Positions 1 to 13,308 are shown, counted from the stretch's first letter. The stretch: DNA of 64,000 nucleotides from Octopus sinensis (GCF_006345805.1 NC_043010.1:39990001-40054000), one strand, 5' to 3'. Notes: generated from the sequence alone by a model not told the origin. A program made the numbers and translations.

Positions 1-341
1 TTCCGATCGATTTAAAATGTTTTGAACAACTTGCTTATACTCCTTTATTTATGTATATAGAGATGGAGACTCTACTAGCATAAAATAGCCTGAAGAAGAT
101 TTATTTAGAAAACGTCTAAATATCGGAAGCAACATCCCTCAACACCAGTTCAACACAGTCATTTCTGGTTTCTTCATCTATTTCTCCGGGCACTAATTAA
201 GAGCGCATATTATTTCACAATCTTGTTAGTCTAGTTCGCCTCCATCTCATTGGTGTTCATGTGTTTAAAAGCTAGCTTGGATGACCTCTGCATCGACTTA
301 CTCGTTGCGTACAGATTCTTAGCAACAATTTTTGGAATATC

Positions 342-758
342 CATGCCGGGGTGGCGGCAATAAGAAGCTTTCTTCCTTCGCGACCACATGGTTCCCGGTT
401 CAGTCCTACTTGGGCGAGTGCTATGTCTTGCTATACCCCCGGCTGATTAAAGCTGTGTGTGAATTTGGCAGGCGGAAACAGAAAGGCTCCTGACGTGTGT
501 GTGTGAGCGTGTGTGTGTGTATATGTGTGTGTATGTGTATGGGTGTTTCTGAGTGTATTCCCGACCACCGCTTGACAATTGGTGTTGGTTTGTTTACTTC
601 CCCGTAATCTAACGGTTCCACAAAAAGTGATCTATAACATAAGTACCAGGTTTAAAATAAAGTTAACTGCTGAGTTCGATTTGTACAACTAAAATATTCA
701 ACGCACTGCCCCAGCATGGTCGCAATGTAATGACTGTAACAATTAAAAGAATAGAAGA
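342..758 (+). mobile_element. tRNA-derived SINE, family A (head, central microsatellite, LINE-like tail), decayed
   Basis: Colinear with copies at 6660, 9126, 19255 and 38582: ACCACATGGTTCCCGGTTCAGTCC head, (TG)n centre, CCCCAGCATGGTCGCA...TGACTG tail. Confidence 0.85.
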
Positions 759-847
759 TTAAACAAGACAATATTACGGATCCACATTTATATTTTGCAA
801 GCAATGGTTGCTTGTTAATCATTTCTGTTTGACTATCACCAGGAAAA

Positions 848-1172
848 GTTATGAGACACCCTTCGGTCACGACAGAGACGATGGGATTGCACCTAGAAAG
901 TTACCCTCCCAGGCACAATTCCGAGCAATGTTGTTTATGGAAGACCAGCAGTCGCCCATGCATACCGGCCTCCCTTCTCCACGCCACCAGAGTTAGCCAT
1001 GGGAAAGGCAAATGGGCTGATGCAGCTCGGCACCTGTGACGTCGCAACTCATTTCTACAGCTGAGTGAACTGGAGAAACGTGAAATAAAGTGTCTTGCTC
1101 GGTCCGGGATTCGAGCTCACAACCTCACGATCGTAAGCTCGACGCTCTAATGACTGAGCCATGCGCCTTCAC
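848..1172 (-). mobile_element. tRNA-derived SINE, family C
   Basis: Minus strand starts GTGAAGGCGCATGGCTCAGTCATTAGAGCG (A-box-like), followed by GAGCTCGAATCCC (B-box-like). A second partial copy lies at 8900-9054. Confidence 0.8.
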
Positions 1173-1378
1173 CCCAGAAGAAGTAATAAATGTTGTATAA
1201 CGCTTACTTTGTTTCCTCCTTCATTAATTGATATTATGCTTTCCTGTCTTATTAACTTAGTCTCCTTCGCCTACAAATCCTTACACTCACTAATCCTCAC
1301 CAACATATGCTCTGTGTGCTTGTCCGTCTGTATCGGTGTCTGACCCAGTGACAGATTCATATGTACAAGCTTCTATAC

Positions 1379-1564
1379 CAGTATTCCACGACAAATATGC
1401 TGCTGCAATCTAGTGTGCCACGAGACGATGCTAGGTGTGCCACAGTGTAACCTGCATATAATTTTTCCTTATCCTTTCAGTTATATTTTTAGTTCAGCGG
1501 TGCCGCGGAATTTTGCAAAGAATATAAGTGTACCGCAAGTGAAAAAAAAGTTTGCGGAGGACTG
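1379..1564. mobile_element. Short hAT (Charlie-like) MITE
   Basis: Ends are CAGTATTCC... and ...AAAGTTTGCGGAGGACTG with internal GTGTGCCAC/GTGCCGCGG motifs. The 8-bp flanks TTCTATAC and TTCCATAC match at 7/8, consistent with a hAT target-site duplication. Confidence 0.75.
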
Positions 1565-2240
1565 TTCCATACTGATGTTTCACCGATTCTCTTGGATGCT
1601 AGCATCACAAACTTATGGTTAGAGTGATTCTGTTACTGATTTACCATGGTCTTGATTTTTAGAGCCAATCAAAATTTCGTTCGTCACATGACCCTGTCAC
1701 TCGAACTTCACAAGGAACTGATAATTACTTGAATCATTTCTAATAGCTATTTTCAGCTCTTCAGCTTATTTTGGTTAATATAATTTATGAGACGTAAAAA
1801 TTTTAATTTAATGAATATTAATTACTGTAGAAATGAATTTAAGTAGCCGTTCGTTTACGTAACCCTGGCGGGGAGAAAATTAAATTAAATTGTCGTCAAG
1901 ACAACATGAGATTAAAATTAACGGAATTAAAATCACTTTTATAATAGAGACAGCGAAGGATTCTTGACGTAAATACCGAGCGGAAATGCTCAGATGAATA
2001 TTTTTAATTCGGATTTATTTGTCAAGCAATATTTGTTGACTTGTCACGGTGTTTCGCGCGTATGAGAGACGTGATTGATGATTCCTGTGGAGAGAGCCAA
2101 GTTAGAAGATTATTTTGGAAAGCATCAAGTAAATATTTTTGAAAAAAAAAAATTATATCAAACATCTGTCTTGACAGTCTCTGGAACGTTTTCCGAAATA
2201 CAAATTGGTTTCGTATGTTGTTTTAAGTAATTGGACGATA

Positions 2241-3500
2241 GGCTTGTCTTTAGCGATACCCTATCTAGACGGACAGGTAAGAGGGAAAAGAAATATCAAG
2301 GATCATGTAATCAATGTCACAGAAGATTACTCAACGATTTTCAAATAACTACCTGAATCCACTGACACTGTTAATTGACTTCATTCACTGGATTTTATGC
2401 AATACATGTCAAAGACAATAATAAAGTTGAATCCATCTTTTGCTAACCTCTTCTGACCACGAATAAATTAATCAGACGTCATGGAAATTATAGACGTTGT
2501 TTGCTGTTTTGCGCTTTGTTTTCAAGGTCTAACACCTCGATCGCAAAAGTGTTGGTGTCACCATCGACGTTGCACTCTCATGTTTTAAAATCTGGATCTC
2601 ACACATTGATTCATTGATTCAAAAGAAATTTCCAAGAGCAGCTTCTGTCAATTGCTTCATAAGCGATGATTCCTAAGACGTTACTGAGTGATTTGGATGC
2701 TGTGATTAATCATTTCATCAGGTCGAATCTTGTATTAAACCTAAATACAAGGATCTTCAAAAGTGCTGAAAAACAGAGTTTGAATATATAGTTTTATGAT
2801 GGATTTCCATTGCAACAGTAGTGATGAGAGGACTGTAAGTTAAGAAAGAATTTATGCTCTTCTGGATTCAGGAAAATGTAACCACTCCAAAGAATTTCAT
2901 CCTCTTTCGAAGCTGCATTTCTGATTCACAGTTTTGGAGATTTTAGCATTTTGGCAGAAGGAAAATGGAAATATTCTTACAATACATGATAGTAAAAGTC
3001 TCTCATTTTAGGAGAAGCTGTGTCTTGGAACAGAAGAGGATGCAGGAGAGAAATTACTCCTAGTGTTCAAATTTACGATCTCTTACCGAACAAACTCGAA
3101 GCATCCAGAAAGAAATCATTCAGTAATTAAAAAAAGTTGAAAGTATTTCAACCAATATTTTCGCAGACGTGGTCCAAGTAAATGCCTTGATGATCGTGAA
3201 GCTATCCATAGGAAAACATGACAATATTCCAGAGCCAGTTCAAAATGAATTCCAAATTTGAAGCAAGACGTCGCTTTAGAAGTTATTAGTGACAATTCTC
3301 TGGCATTTCAGATCACATGCTCACAGTCTTAGCATCGACTAATTTTTTGAGTGTAGATATTTTTCACTTTATTGCAAAAACTTACAACTGTTTAATTGTT
3401 TGAAATGAACAGCGCTGCTCTGTAATTAATAATTAAAAGAAAATATTAGAAATAGCATCTACCAAGCTTATTAAAAAGAAAAAACACCTGCCTCACAGTA
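2241..3500 (+). pseudogene. Fossil hAT (Charlie/ZBED5-like) transposase, many stops and frameshifts
   Basis: Ordered motif remnants read by eye: SDTLSRR (~2250), ESTDTVN (2355), VGVTIDVA (2551; consensus VGxTTDGA), NCFI (consensus HCxIH), DAVINHFIRS, LNTRIFK, ASTNxxE..FSLL (~3330) and a C-terminal PASQ. Confidence 0.75.
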
Positions 3501-5460
3501 TGTTGTCATATTAATATAATAACTAACATATTGGCTTGTTGGTTTGTGTTCATGTGTTTGTCAATTTACATAGTTCTCTGTTAGGCTACATTATTTAGTG
3601 GTGAATTGCCTTTACACTGTTTAAATGTTGGTTTACTTTCAAAGATATTATGCTTTATTATTCCGTGAACATTTTCTGTAAGTCAAAGTGGTCCATGATA
3701 AGAGACCATTTGAGAATCCTGATTTGTGTGTTTGTGTGTCACCCATCCACAATTTTTATTTACCCTTATAAGCATCACACGTAATAATGCTAAAATCTGA
3801 CGATATACATCGCCAGTTATCGCTGGACACATATGAAAATTCAGTGTGAATGTTAAAATCGACATAATTGAAATTTGAAATCAGAAATTATTTGGTTGAT
3901 AGTAAACTCCCCAGGAATTTTGTCTGATTTACTACTGACAAGAATGAACACGTGAAACTACATCAATGAGACCTCGTTTAGTTTTTGGATTTTGCGAAAA
4001 CCAAAGTTTCGTAACATTTAAATTGACCGATCTATCAACGAAAAACAGCAACAAACAAAGCAAGACTGTTTATTGCAGACAGTAAATACGAAGCATCATA
4101 TTATCTTTTCCAAAGCGGCTTAGCTGATCTGAATTTGCTCTAGCATTCAACAGAATCCGGCTGCTCTGGGTAAGCAGCCACTGAACACTAATATGCAGCA
4201 CATTTTCATCAGTTATTTTCTTTTGTTTTTTTTTGTTGACAAGCGTAAGTATCATATGTTATATTGAAACGTAAATACGAGGTACGCTCTTCCTATTTCT
4301 TTTTTTCTTTTTCAAATGCATTATCAGCAGAACAAGAATGAAATTATTTTAATCATATATCAGAACGCTGTCGTGGATTTGAGTTGCCCAGAAAGCACGT
4401 CTTCCACTGCAATACAGAGAGCACAAACATAATCAGATAATATTAAAATACATATCCTTACAAATCTTAACAAATATTTATGTTTTATATCGTAGGTTAT
4501 CGAGGTGAAACGAATGTTACGTTATTATCACTCACGTTTTGTTTAACGCTTCAAGTACACCACAATAAGTTTTCTTTTCCATTTCTATAATCATTTCATG
4601 TTCATATTGTACATTTGAGGCTTTTAAATCCCTAAATATTTCAAGTATTGGTTGTTGTTCAATGGTTTCCCTGCTTTTAACCCAGCTTTATTGTTTGTGC
4701 TGATTCATTAAATCAATAGGAATCAAATGGTTTGTGTTCTGAATATTTTGAATGTTGGTTTTGAGATTTTGCACTAAATCGAAAGAGTAAAGTTGTTATA
4801 TGCAAGATAAAATTAATGTTACGGCAAGTAATATCCGCATAAATAACATTTTCCTTTGTGCAACCTACTCTATATACGTAATATGTATTTCCTTAAGCCG
4901 TATCATTTTCTCACAATGCTTGCTACATAGGTACATATATTTAAAATGATTAACATGTCACACAAAACTTAACAAAAACAAACCAAATGAAATCACAGTA
5001 ACGTACATTGTATCATTATATATGGAATGAAAACGACGCAAAAAAAAACGACAAATGTAATAAGAGTAAGAAAATATTTTTAGTGAGAATGAAATTGAAT
5101 AGGTTATTTCATACAGTAATAATACAGTCCTGCTTCTAAGTGTATATCGAATAAACAGAAAGCAAAACTAGTTTTCTTCGAATATTATCTTTAGAATTTA
5201 AATATGAAATTTAGATGTGTTAGTTTAATATTGTATGTACAGTGAAATTTAAACAATCGTACATTATATAGTAAGGAGATATGCATGCAAGTGTGTTTAG
5301 CATAAGTATACGCACGGAATTGAAAATATTGAAGTACTTAAATGTAAAACACTCGAATATTTATCTCGAAATAATTTATAAAATAATATCATCCACATGA
5401 AACGTTTTATCTATTGAAATGGAACCAGATATAGAAAGCAGGATAATAATGTTAATATTC

Positions 5461-5874
5461 TTTCCCACTCTAGGCACAAGTCTCGAAATATAGTGGGATT
5501 AGATTGACCTCAGTACGCAACTGGTACTTAATTTATCGACCTCAAAAGGATGAAAGGCAAAGTCGACTTTGGTGGAAGCTGAACTGAGAACGTAAAAACA
5601 TGGAATACCGCTAAGCATTTCTGCCAGCATGTGAACGTTTCTTATTTCTTTATTGGCCACAAGGGGCTAAACATAGAGGAGACAAACAAGGACAGACAAA
5701 CGGATTAAGGCGATTACATCTACCCCAGTGCGTAACTGGTACTTAATTTATCGATCCCGAAAGGATGAGAGGCAAAGTCGACTTTGGCGGAATCTGAACT
5801 CAGAACGTAAAAACAGACGAAATACAGCTAAGCATTTCTCTCGGTGTGCTAACGTTTCTGTCAGCTCGCCGCCT
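5461..5874 (-). mobile_element. SINE family B, two fused units
   Basis: Two copies of ACTGGTACTTAATTTATCGA..GGATGAAAGGCAAAGTCGAC joined at AACGTTTC|TTATTTCTTT. The head GGCGGCGAGCTG is at the 5874 end. Confidence 0.9.
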
Positions 5875-5999
5875 TTTTAATGTTAACATTGTAAAGAAAG
5901 GTACAGTGGAGTAATAAAGTATTTCTACCGCTGCAATTTAGATGTTGTACAGGTTGAAATTTCAAATGCCAGGTTCAACTCTACGTTTCACCCTTGCTT

Positions 6000-6000
<1 letters not shown>

Positions 6001-6079
<79 letters not shown>

Positions 6080-6083
6080 CATA
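6001..6083. repeat. (TA)n microsatellite
   Basis: Direct read. Confidence 0.98.
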
Positions 6084-6659
6084 TAATATGATTAACACTC
6101 GTAAATACAATTAGCATGGGCATAATTTACAAATCAATCGTCTATAACTCATTGCTTCAAATAACAGCCTCCATAAAAATCAATAATCACTATCACTGCT
6201 TATTAAAGAGCCCGCAAATGTTAATTTTCAACAAAAGCGAATTGGAGAGTCTTTCTTTTTAAATACCATGTTGGTGTCAAATTATTTCCGGTAAACCACG
6301 CGAACTACAAAATCGATCGCAAGTGATAACTAGCTAAGCCATTCATGGTTCTTATGGACTAACTGTACTTTTGTAAGAGATCTTCTAATTACCATGATAA
6401 TAAGGTCTAACAACCAATCATGGAATCTTCAGATCGTTAGCACCTTTTGCATATATATATTAGATTAACTAAGAAGAGCTATTTATATGATGTAACAGAT
6501 TGCTGGCTGAGTCAACGCCTTTACACCCTCTCTGAAATCAACTGTCCTTTTCAAAAATACTCTGCTCTATGTCCATAGAGGAGGCAGCCCTTTTATATTT
6601 CAGTTCAAAGAGAAAAGACACTGTATATTAGCATTTTCAATGACGTTTACACTTTTTTA

Positions 6660-7040
6660 TTCTTTTTTTTTTATTAGTTTCAGTCATTTGGCTGTGGCCA
6701 TGCTGGAACACCGCCATTTTAAGTGGAGCAAAATGACCCCAGGACTTATTATTTGTAAGCCTAGTACTTATTCTAGCGGTCACTTTTGCCGAACCGCTAA
6801 GTTACGGAGACGTAAACACACCAGCATTTGTTGTCAAGCGATGTCGGGGGAAAAACACGGACACACAAACATACACACACACACATACACACATATGTAT
6901 ATATATATACAACGGCATTCTTTCAGTTTCCATCTACCAAATCCACTCACAAGGCGATGGTCGGCCCGAGGCTATAGTAGAAGACACTTGCTCAAGGTGT
7001 CACGCAGTGGGACTGAACCCGAAACCATGTGGTTCGTAAG
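6660..7040 (-). mobile_element. SINE family A, head clipped by the adjacent insert
   Basis: Family A body. The head stops at GGTTCGTAAG instead of continuing CAAGCTACTTACCACAC as in the other copies. Confidence 0.9.
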
Positions 7041-8150
7041 TAACATTTGCCATAAAGGCAGTACATAGAGTAAGTTAGCTTTGCGGGCTGGACGAGGACA
7101 TTAATGAAATGAATGATAATGAAAGAAAGATGATGGGGATGAGAGAAGACAAAAAGCGCCCGCCGACTTCTGCTTCTCTAAAACATTGTTCTTTTAAAAA
7201 CAAACACAAAACGAGGTATTAACCTCTTACGATTTTACAACTTTTCCATTTTGGGACTTAACAGTCCATTACTAACAACAACATAGTTCAATAGTTACAT
7301 ATGATATAAATACAATACACAAAGCCCCTCCTCCCAGACCTGGCTTACACTTCCCTTAGGAAGGCGCCAGCTCTAGGTCGGGGGCCCTCAAGTCGTATCA
7401 CAATTTATGACTCGTCCTCAAAATAACTTGTGCCCGCACCCTCCGCCGTCCACCACGCCTCCCTCAGAATGTAATCGAGTTCCGTGTTAGCGTCGCCCGG
7501 GACGAAGCTATAATCCTCATTGAGCTCCTTCAGCCCAAACGTCACGTCGAACGCCACGGCCTCCACAGCTACCTGTGGAGGCCATTCGGGGTCCTGTTTG
7601 AAGGCTAAAGGTGCTCCCTTGTGGTGCTTTTCCATCACCTTTTCATTCTCTCCGCCTCTATGGAAGGGAATCAATATATCGTTTTGTTCGGGTGCGGGAT
7701 ATTCAATTCTTTCGTTGGCGGCACAGTTCCCGCCAACGGTGCTTCTTCTCCTGTCGGTGGCACAACCCCAACCGACGTAGTTCCGGTACATTCCGGCACT
7801 ATGTCACCGACTGCCGGTAATATCCCGTTTCTCTTTTTCTTTTTCTTTTTTTTCTTTTCAACTGAGGGAGGGTGCGTCTCCTCTGTGGCCGGAAGATTCG
7901 CCTTTCCCTCCTCATCCCTAGTATCCTTTGGTGGGCACCCATTGTTGCTCACCTTCCTCTTTCGGCCTCTGTTTGAGGAGTCCTCCGCTTCCTCGGCCGT
8001 TTTCATTCCCTCTTCTACAGGGGTTTGACTTAACTGTTCCGGGATCCTATTTTGTTCCCGCACAGCCACTCCTACGCCCAGAGCGTTTATTCACGTTAAC
8101 CAAGGCATTTAATGTTCCCTTTCTAAATTCATGCGTAACAATTTTTTAAA
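7041..8150 (-). mobile_element. GC-rich insert with two overlapping ORFs (8069-7671, 7791-7405); possible non-LTR retrotransposon ORF1 relic plus 3' UTR
   Basis: Sharp GC rise relative to the flanks, charged low-complexity coding potential and a T-rich 3' region. No diagnostic domain recognised. Confidence 0.4.
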
Positions 8151-8899
8151 ATACTCAAATAGGGAGATTTAAAAGATGGTGTTTTCTGAATAAATATTTA
8201 GTAAAATCTTAGTGCCGAGAAGCAATATAGGTAAACAAATGTGGAGGCGCGAGGTAATCAAGTTTGCCTGGATTAGAGACTGGCTAGGCACTGTTGATGT
8301 TCAGCAGATGAGAAAACAAAGAGATAAAGTGAAGACTTGTTGTGCTATCACATTCTTTTCTTTTTGATATTGCTCGGATATATTCGTATTAATTACATGG
8401 ATTATCTTACATTGTTGAATGCAATTAAGCTTTGTATAAGTTCTGAAACTGCTTATTGTCCTGAGATATAATTTTGGTTACTCAATATTACACTGAGGTA
8501 ATCAGACATTGTGAAATGCCAATGTTTCTAAAGTTTGCGGAAAGTCCAGCTGAGAATACACAGAAGACGGTGTTATAACTGTTTCCTTGGCACGTGTAGC
8601 GAACGTGCGTTTATAACATTCACGGAGATTAGGTTTTCCGCATGTAATTGGATGACATAAACCAGTTCATTCATTACAAGTTATTATATAAATGAATACG
8701 TTTAGTTAAACGATAATTTTGTTAGTGTGCTGCAGTGTCTTTTTAAATCATTTCGTGAATACTGTGTAGTGTAAAAGCATCCACCTCCTGATTGATATTC
8801 TAATAATCACATTACAGAACGAGCAATGACTTATGCCCATTCACTAGTTATTGCTTATCAAGATTCAGCGTGACAGAGACTGCTACAAGCCCGACCCTT

Positions 8900-9054
8900 T
8901 GAAATATAGGTACTATTTTTTTTGCCAGCTGAGTCTACTGGAGCAACGTGAAATAAAGTGTATTGCTCAAGAACACACCGTGCCGCGGAGTTTCGAACTC
9001 ATAACCTTAAGAACAAGAGCCGATTACCCCGAACCACTAAGCCATGCATCTTCA
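8900..9054 (-). mobile_element. SINE family C, partial
   Basis: Shares CAGCTGAGT..ACTGGAG.AACGTGAAATAAAGTGT with 1040-1100 and has a tRNA-like head. Confidence 0.8.
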
Positions 9055-9125
9055 GGTCAACGAATAATAACTATTAAAAAAAAACCTATTGATATATGAC
9101 AAGAATCTCTGTGCAAGGATTGGAT

Positions 9126-9510
9126 TCTCTTTTACTCTTTTACTTGTTTCAGTCATTTGTCTGTGGCCATGCTGGAGCACCGCCTTTAGTCGAGCAAATC
9201 GATTCCAGGACTTATTATTTGTAACCCTAGTACTTATTCTATCGGTCTCTTTTGCCGAACCGCTAAGTTACAGGGACGTAAACAAGCCAGCATCGGTTGG
9301 AGGGATACAGACACACAAACATATACGCACACACATACACACATATATATATACATATAAACGACGGGCTTCTTTCAGTTTCTGTCGACCAAATCTACTC
9401 ACAATGCTTTGGTCGGTTCGCGGGCTATAGTAGAAGACACTTGCTCAAGTTTCTACGCAGTGGGACTGAACCCAGGACCATTTGGTTCGTAAGCAAGCTA
9501 CTTACCACAC
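9126..9510 (-). mobile_element. SINE family A
   Basis: Near-full colinear copy. Confidence 0.92.
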
Positions 9511-9908
9511 TAGAAAATAGCCAAATCTCCCCCACTTGTACTTATATATTTAATGAGTGTGAAAGGAAAAGGTCAAGGTTCGTAACCCTCGCAGCCCCAC
9601 AGAAAAATGGTGTTACTGATATTATTGAATTTGCACCGAAGTGTTGCAGGTCAGTCACCGCCGGCATCTAATGATAAGAGAAGGGATACAAGAAGGCTGA
9701 TCTTTCTCAGGTGGAAGGAATGAGGGTAACGATTAATACATGGAACTGAGGAATTTGAATACAAAATGGGTTTTGAAAGACAGGACGACAAGTGACAAGC
9801 GAGAGTTCCTAATTCACGATGGCATTTATCCAGTAATTGTAGTGGATGAGAGACAATTTTTAGTAGGAATATAGATGTCACACAGTCTTTGATATTGACA
9901 CGTTTCTA

Positions 9909-10522
9909 AGGCGGTGAGCTGGCAGAATCGTTAGCACGCTGGGCGAAATGCTTAGCGGTATTCCGCCTGTCTTTACGTTCCGAGTTCAAATTTCACCGAG
10001 GCCGACTTTGCCTTTCATCCTTTCGGGGACGATAGATTAAGAACCAGTTACGCACTGGGTCGATATAATCGGCTTAATCCGTTTGTCTGTCTTGTATTTT
10101 TCTCTCTGTGTTTAGCCCCTTATGGGTAGTAAAGAAATAGTTATTTCGTCTGCAGTTACGTTCTGAGTTCAAATTCTGCCGAGGTCGAAATTTCCTTTAA
10201 TCCTTTCGGGGTCGATAAATTGAGTACCAGTTATGCACTGGGGTCGACGTAATCGACTTAATCACTTTGTCTGTACTTGTTTGTTCCCTCTATGCTTAGC
10301 CACTTGTGGGCAACAAAGAAATATGAAACGTTAGCACGCCAGCGCAATTGCTTAGCTGTATTTCGTCTGCCTTTTATGTTCTGAGTTCAAATTCCGCCGA
10401 GGTCTACTTTGTCTTTCATTGTTTCGGGGTCGGTCAATTAAGCACTAGTTGCGTACTGAGGTCGATCTAATCGACTGGCTCCGTCCGCCAACATTTCAGG
10501 CCTTGTGTCTACGTTAGAAAAT
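9909..10522 (+). mobile_element. SINE family B trimer
   Basis: Three consecutive units, each with GAGTTCAAATT..CCGAGG..GAC. Junctions are at ~10140 and ~10325. Confidence 0.9.
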
Positions 10523-10699
10523 AATTTTGTTACGTTTCTGTGAGCGACGTTATGCAGCTAGTGTCTTTATCTCCTTCTCAGCATACAATCGCGTATCTCC
10601 GTGTTTATATTAGTAACACCGTCCCTATTACTTATGCGTTTTAAACGATTGGTAACTGTTAAGACGAAATATCCTTTGACTCTGAGTAGAAGCTCTATT

Positions 10700-11030
10700 C
10701 AGATTTTGTCCGATGAGTATTCAGCACCATAGATCTTCATTCTTACGCAGACATGGGATTTGAAGAACTCATGGTGTTTCTTGCTATATGTTCATGTTCC
10801 ACAGTGTGGTAGTATTTCATTGATGTATAGAGCATTTGTATATTTGTAATAGTGAAAGAGACAAGATTGGTATAACAGCAGTGAGGACTGCGTTTATGGA
10901 TTCACTTCAGAATTAGTGTGCGATGTTCTGGTTGAATGTGAATGAGGCTTGCTTCGGGTTACTTGTGGAAAATTGTTCGGGACTGTTATTTGTGTAAGGT
11001 TGAACATCGTTGGACACAATTTCATGTCGG
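10700..11030 (-). pseudogene. Possible highly decayed Penelope-like GIY-YIG region
   Basis: Weak remnants TNLV and YINE resemble the TNLVY...YIGET signature; frames are broken. Confidence 0.3.
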
Positions 11031-11526
11031 TCATTGATATTTTAAGGAAGGAACAGAAGCTTGAAGTATACCAGAGTAAATAAATAGAGTGTTTTAGAGA
11101 GACCTACGTCAGCAAACTTGCATATAGGTAGTTTCGGCAGCATGAAGCAGAATACAAGATGTGTTTAAATCACTTATAAATTACCAAATGAAATTTTCAG
11201 AATGATGCTATTTAACAGCAGTGAACTATTCAACCCACGGCAAACTACAAGAAGTACAAGCATTTTTCTGTGTACCCTACCAACATGTGACCTACACTTG
11301 CAAATTTAAACAATTATAAATATGCTATCGAACAGAGCTTGGTCTTATAAGAATAGCAGCCAATTCTTACTATAAAGACACGTTTTATTTAAAAACAAGA
11401 ACAAGATTATGTAGTAGTAGATATAATAGATATGATTAAGAATTGGGGAAAAATTAAAAAAAAAAGACGAAGACAGGTGATGTAGAAAACAAACATGCAT
11501 TGGTATAACACTCGGTAAGTGAAAAA

Positions 11527-11564
11527 GTGCTTAACGTTTCGAGCCTACGCTCTTCCACAGAAAG
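11527..11564 (-). ncRNA. Variant minimal hammerhead-like motif (CUGUGGA core) in a Penelope-like tail repeat
   Basis: Minus strand reads CTTT-CTGTGGA-A-GAGC-GTAG-GCTC-GAAAC-GTT-AAGC. Stem II and GAAACGUU are intact but A6 is replaced by U. Confidence 0.4.
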
Positions 11565-13046
11565 GGTCACAGAAAGAAACAAGGAGAAAAAATAAAGAAT
11601 GTGTAGTGGCTAGCGATCTATCATGGCGATGGCTGGTTACAGATGGAATTTTTTTTTATCATTGGAGTGCTTCATTGCAGAGCCTTGGGCTAAACAGCAA
11701 AAACACCAATATATCAAAATACAGTGGTAAGACAAAAAGAAATTGTCTGCGTTATAATTCAGCTTGCTAGATTTCCCACACAAGTTTTCTATAAAGTACA
11801 GTGAATTATAAAGCATTTCTAAGTATGATGCGAGTTCGGAATTATGAACATAATGGTTAGGTATGTTCACAGTGAGATCACTTTAGGTCGCAGCTGTGTC
11901 AAATCAACGATGAAACAACGACAATAATAGCTTTGAAATCAATCCTTTGATCCGATGAAGTAACAATAGAATCTCTGCCTAATAGATCGGATTGCTTTAA
12001 ATAAGAGACAGGTAACCGTCGACTTTGAAGAAAGAAATTCTATAATCACTGACTATCCATAAAAGGGACAACTTTCATCTTAAAGATGCCAGACCAGTGC
12101 TATTTTCTTTGAGTAAACAATAACACTAGCAGCAACCACAATGATAGCAACATCAATAACATTAGGAAAGACAGAACCTACGTTGAAAGTCAATAAACCA
12201 TTCCGTTGGAGATATCTCTTAAGGGGGAAAGCTAAGGCCACTACGACCATTACTGAGATTTACATAACCGTTGCACGAAGCCGATATCTCAATTTTCGCC
12301 AAACTATGAATAGAGTAATGTAAAAATAGTATAATTATACGTCTACGAAAGCTAACAGTCATTGATATATCAATGATAAGTTTTTTTATATATGTTATTA
12401 GAGTTGTACAAAGCATATCAACGTGTTTATTAATGGCAACTAGCGTGATAATGGAATATTATATTGTGAACTCTGGATTTTGTGTTCATAAAATATAAAA
12501 ATATAGCATTATTACATTTTCGTAGAGCCATATTCATCAAACAATATTAATATTCCTGCCAAATGTCTTGACGTTAAAAAAACAGTTATTAATAATAAAC
12601 AATTTCACTAACAATAAACACACACACATATCTGTGTGTGTGTGTGTGTGTATGTGTGCGTGTGTGTGTATGTGTTTGTTTGTGTGTGTAATTGTATGTA
12701 CGTAGGTCTATAAATACTCTCTCGGGCATAAACGGAGGCCTTTAGACTAGTGGGCACGCTTAATATCAAAATGGGTGGGAACAAACACATATTCAAAGAT
12801 ACCAACAACTCTATGAATTTCCGCTCTCACAATTGTATAATGACGATAGTAATAATAATATAAATAAAATTTTTTTCCATTATAGACACAACGAATAACA
12901 TTTTGTAAAAGGGTTAGTAGATTGCATCGACCCTAGATTGCATTTTATCAGCCCCCAAATGATGAAAGGCAAAGGCAAACACGGTGGAAATTTGAACTCA
13001 ACAACAACAATAATAATAACAATAACGATAATAATAATAATAATAA

Positions 13047-13306
13047 CATGGGTGGTTCGTTCAACATCCTTAACCGACCCTTATTCAGGGACCTTTTGAG
13101 CGGGATGGCTACTCAACCTGAAGAAAATTTTACTGGGCCCCACCTGCAAGGTCATGTACTGTTTATCTTGATATGAGATCACCATGTCGCACACATATGG
13201 TTGTGATGCATGTGCCTGTTGTACCCTTATCAGTCGGGTAGTCATGATGGGTATATTGGGCTTCGTATATTTTACCCCAGTGACACTTTGATGGCATGAA
13301 CTGCTC

Positions 13307-13308
<2 letters not shown>
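13047..13308 (+). mobile_element. Unclassified repeat family D, 3' part, after (AAT)n
   Basis: Matches 14010-14200 in reverse complement and overlaps the arms at 17470-18250. Confidence 0.85.

Noticed and set aside
85-120. CTGAAGAAG...GAAAACGTC hammerhead-like string
   Set aside because: Stems I and II do not pair; at best a very decayed relic.
4079-4170. Exon-like segment (TTGCAG|...|GTAAGC) with a small GGCTGCT/AGCAGCC hairpin
   Set aside because: Stops occur in all three frames, and the hairpin is too short to be informative.
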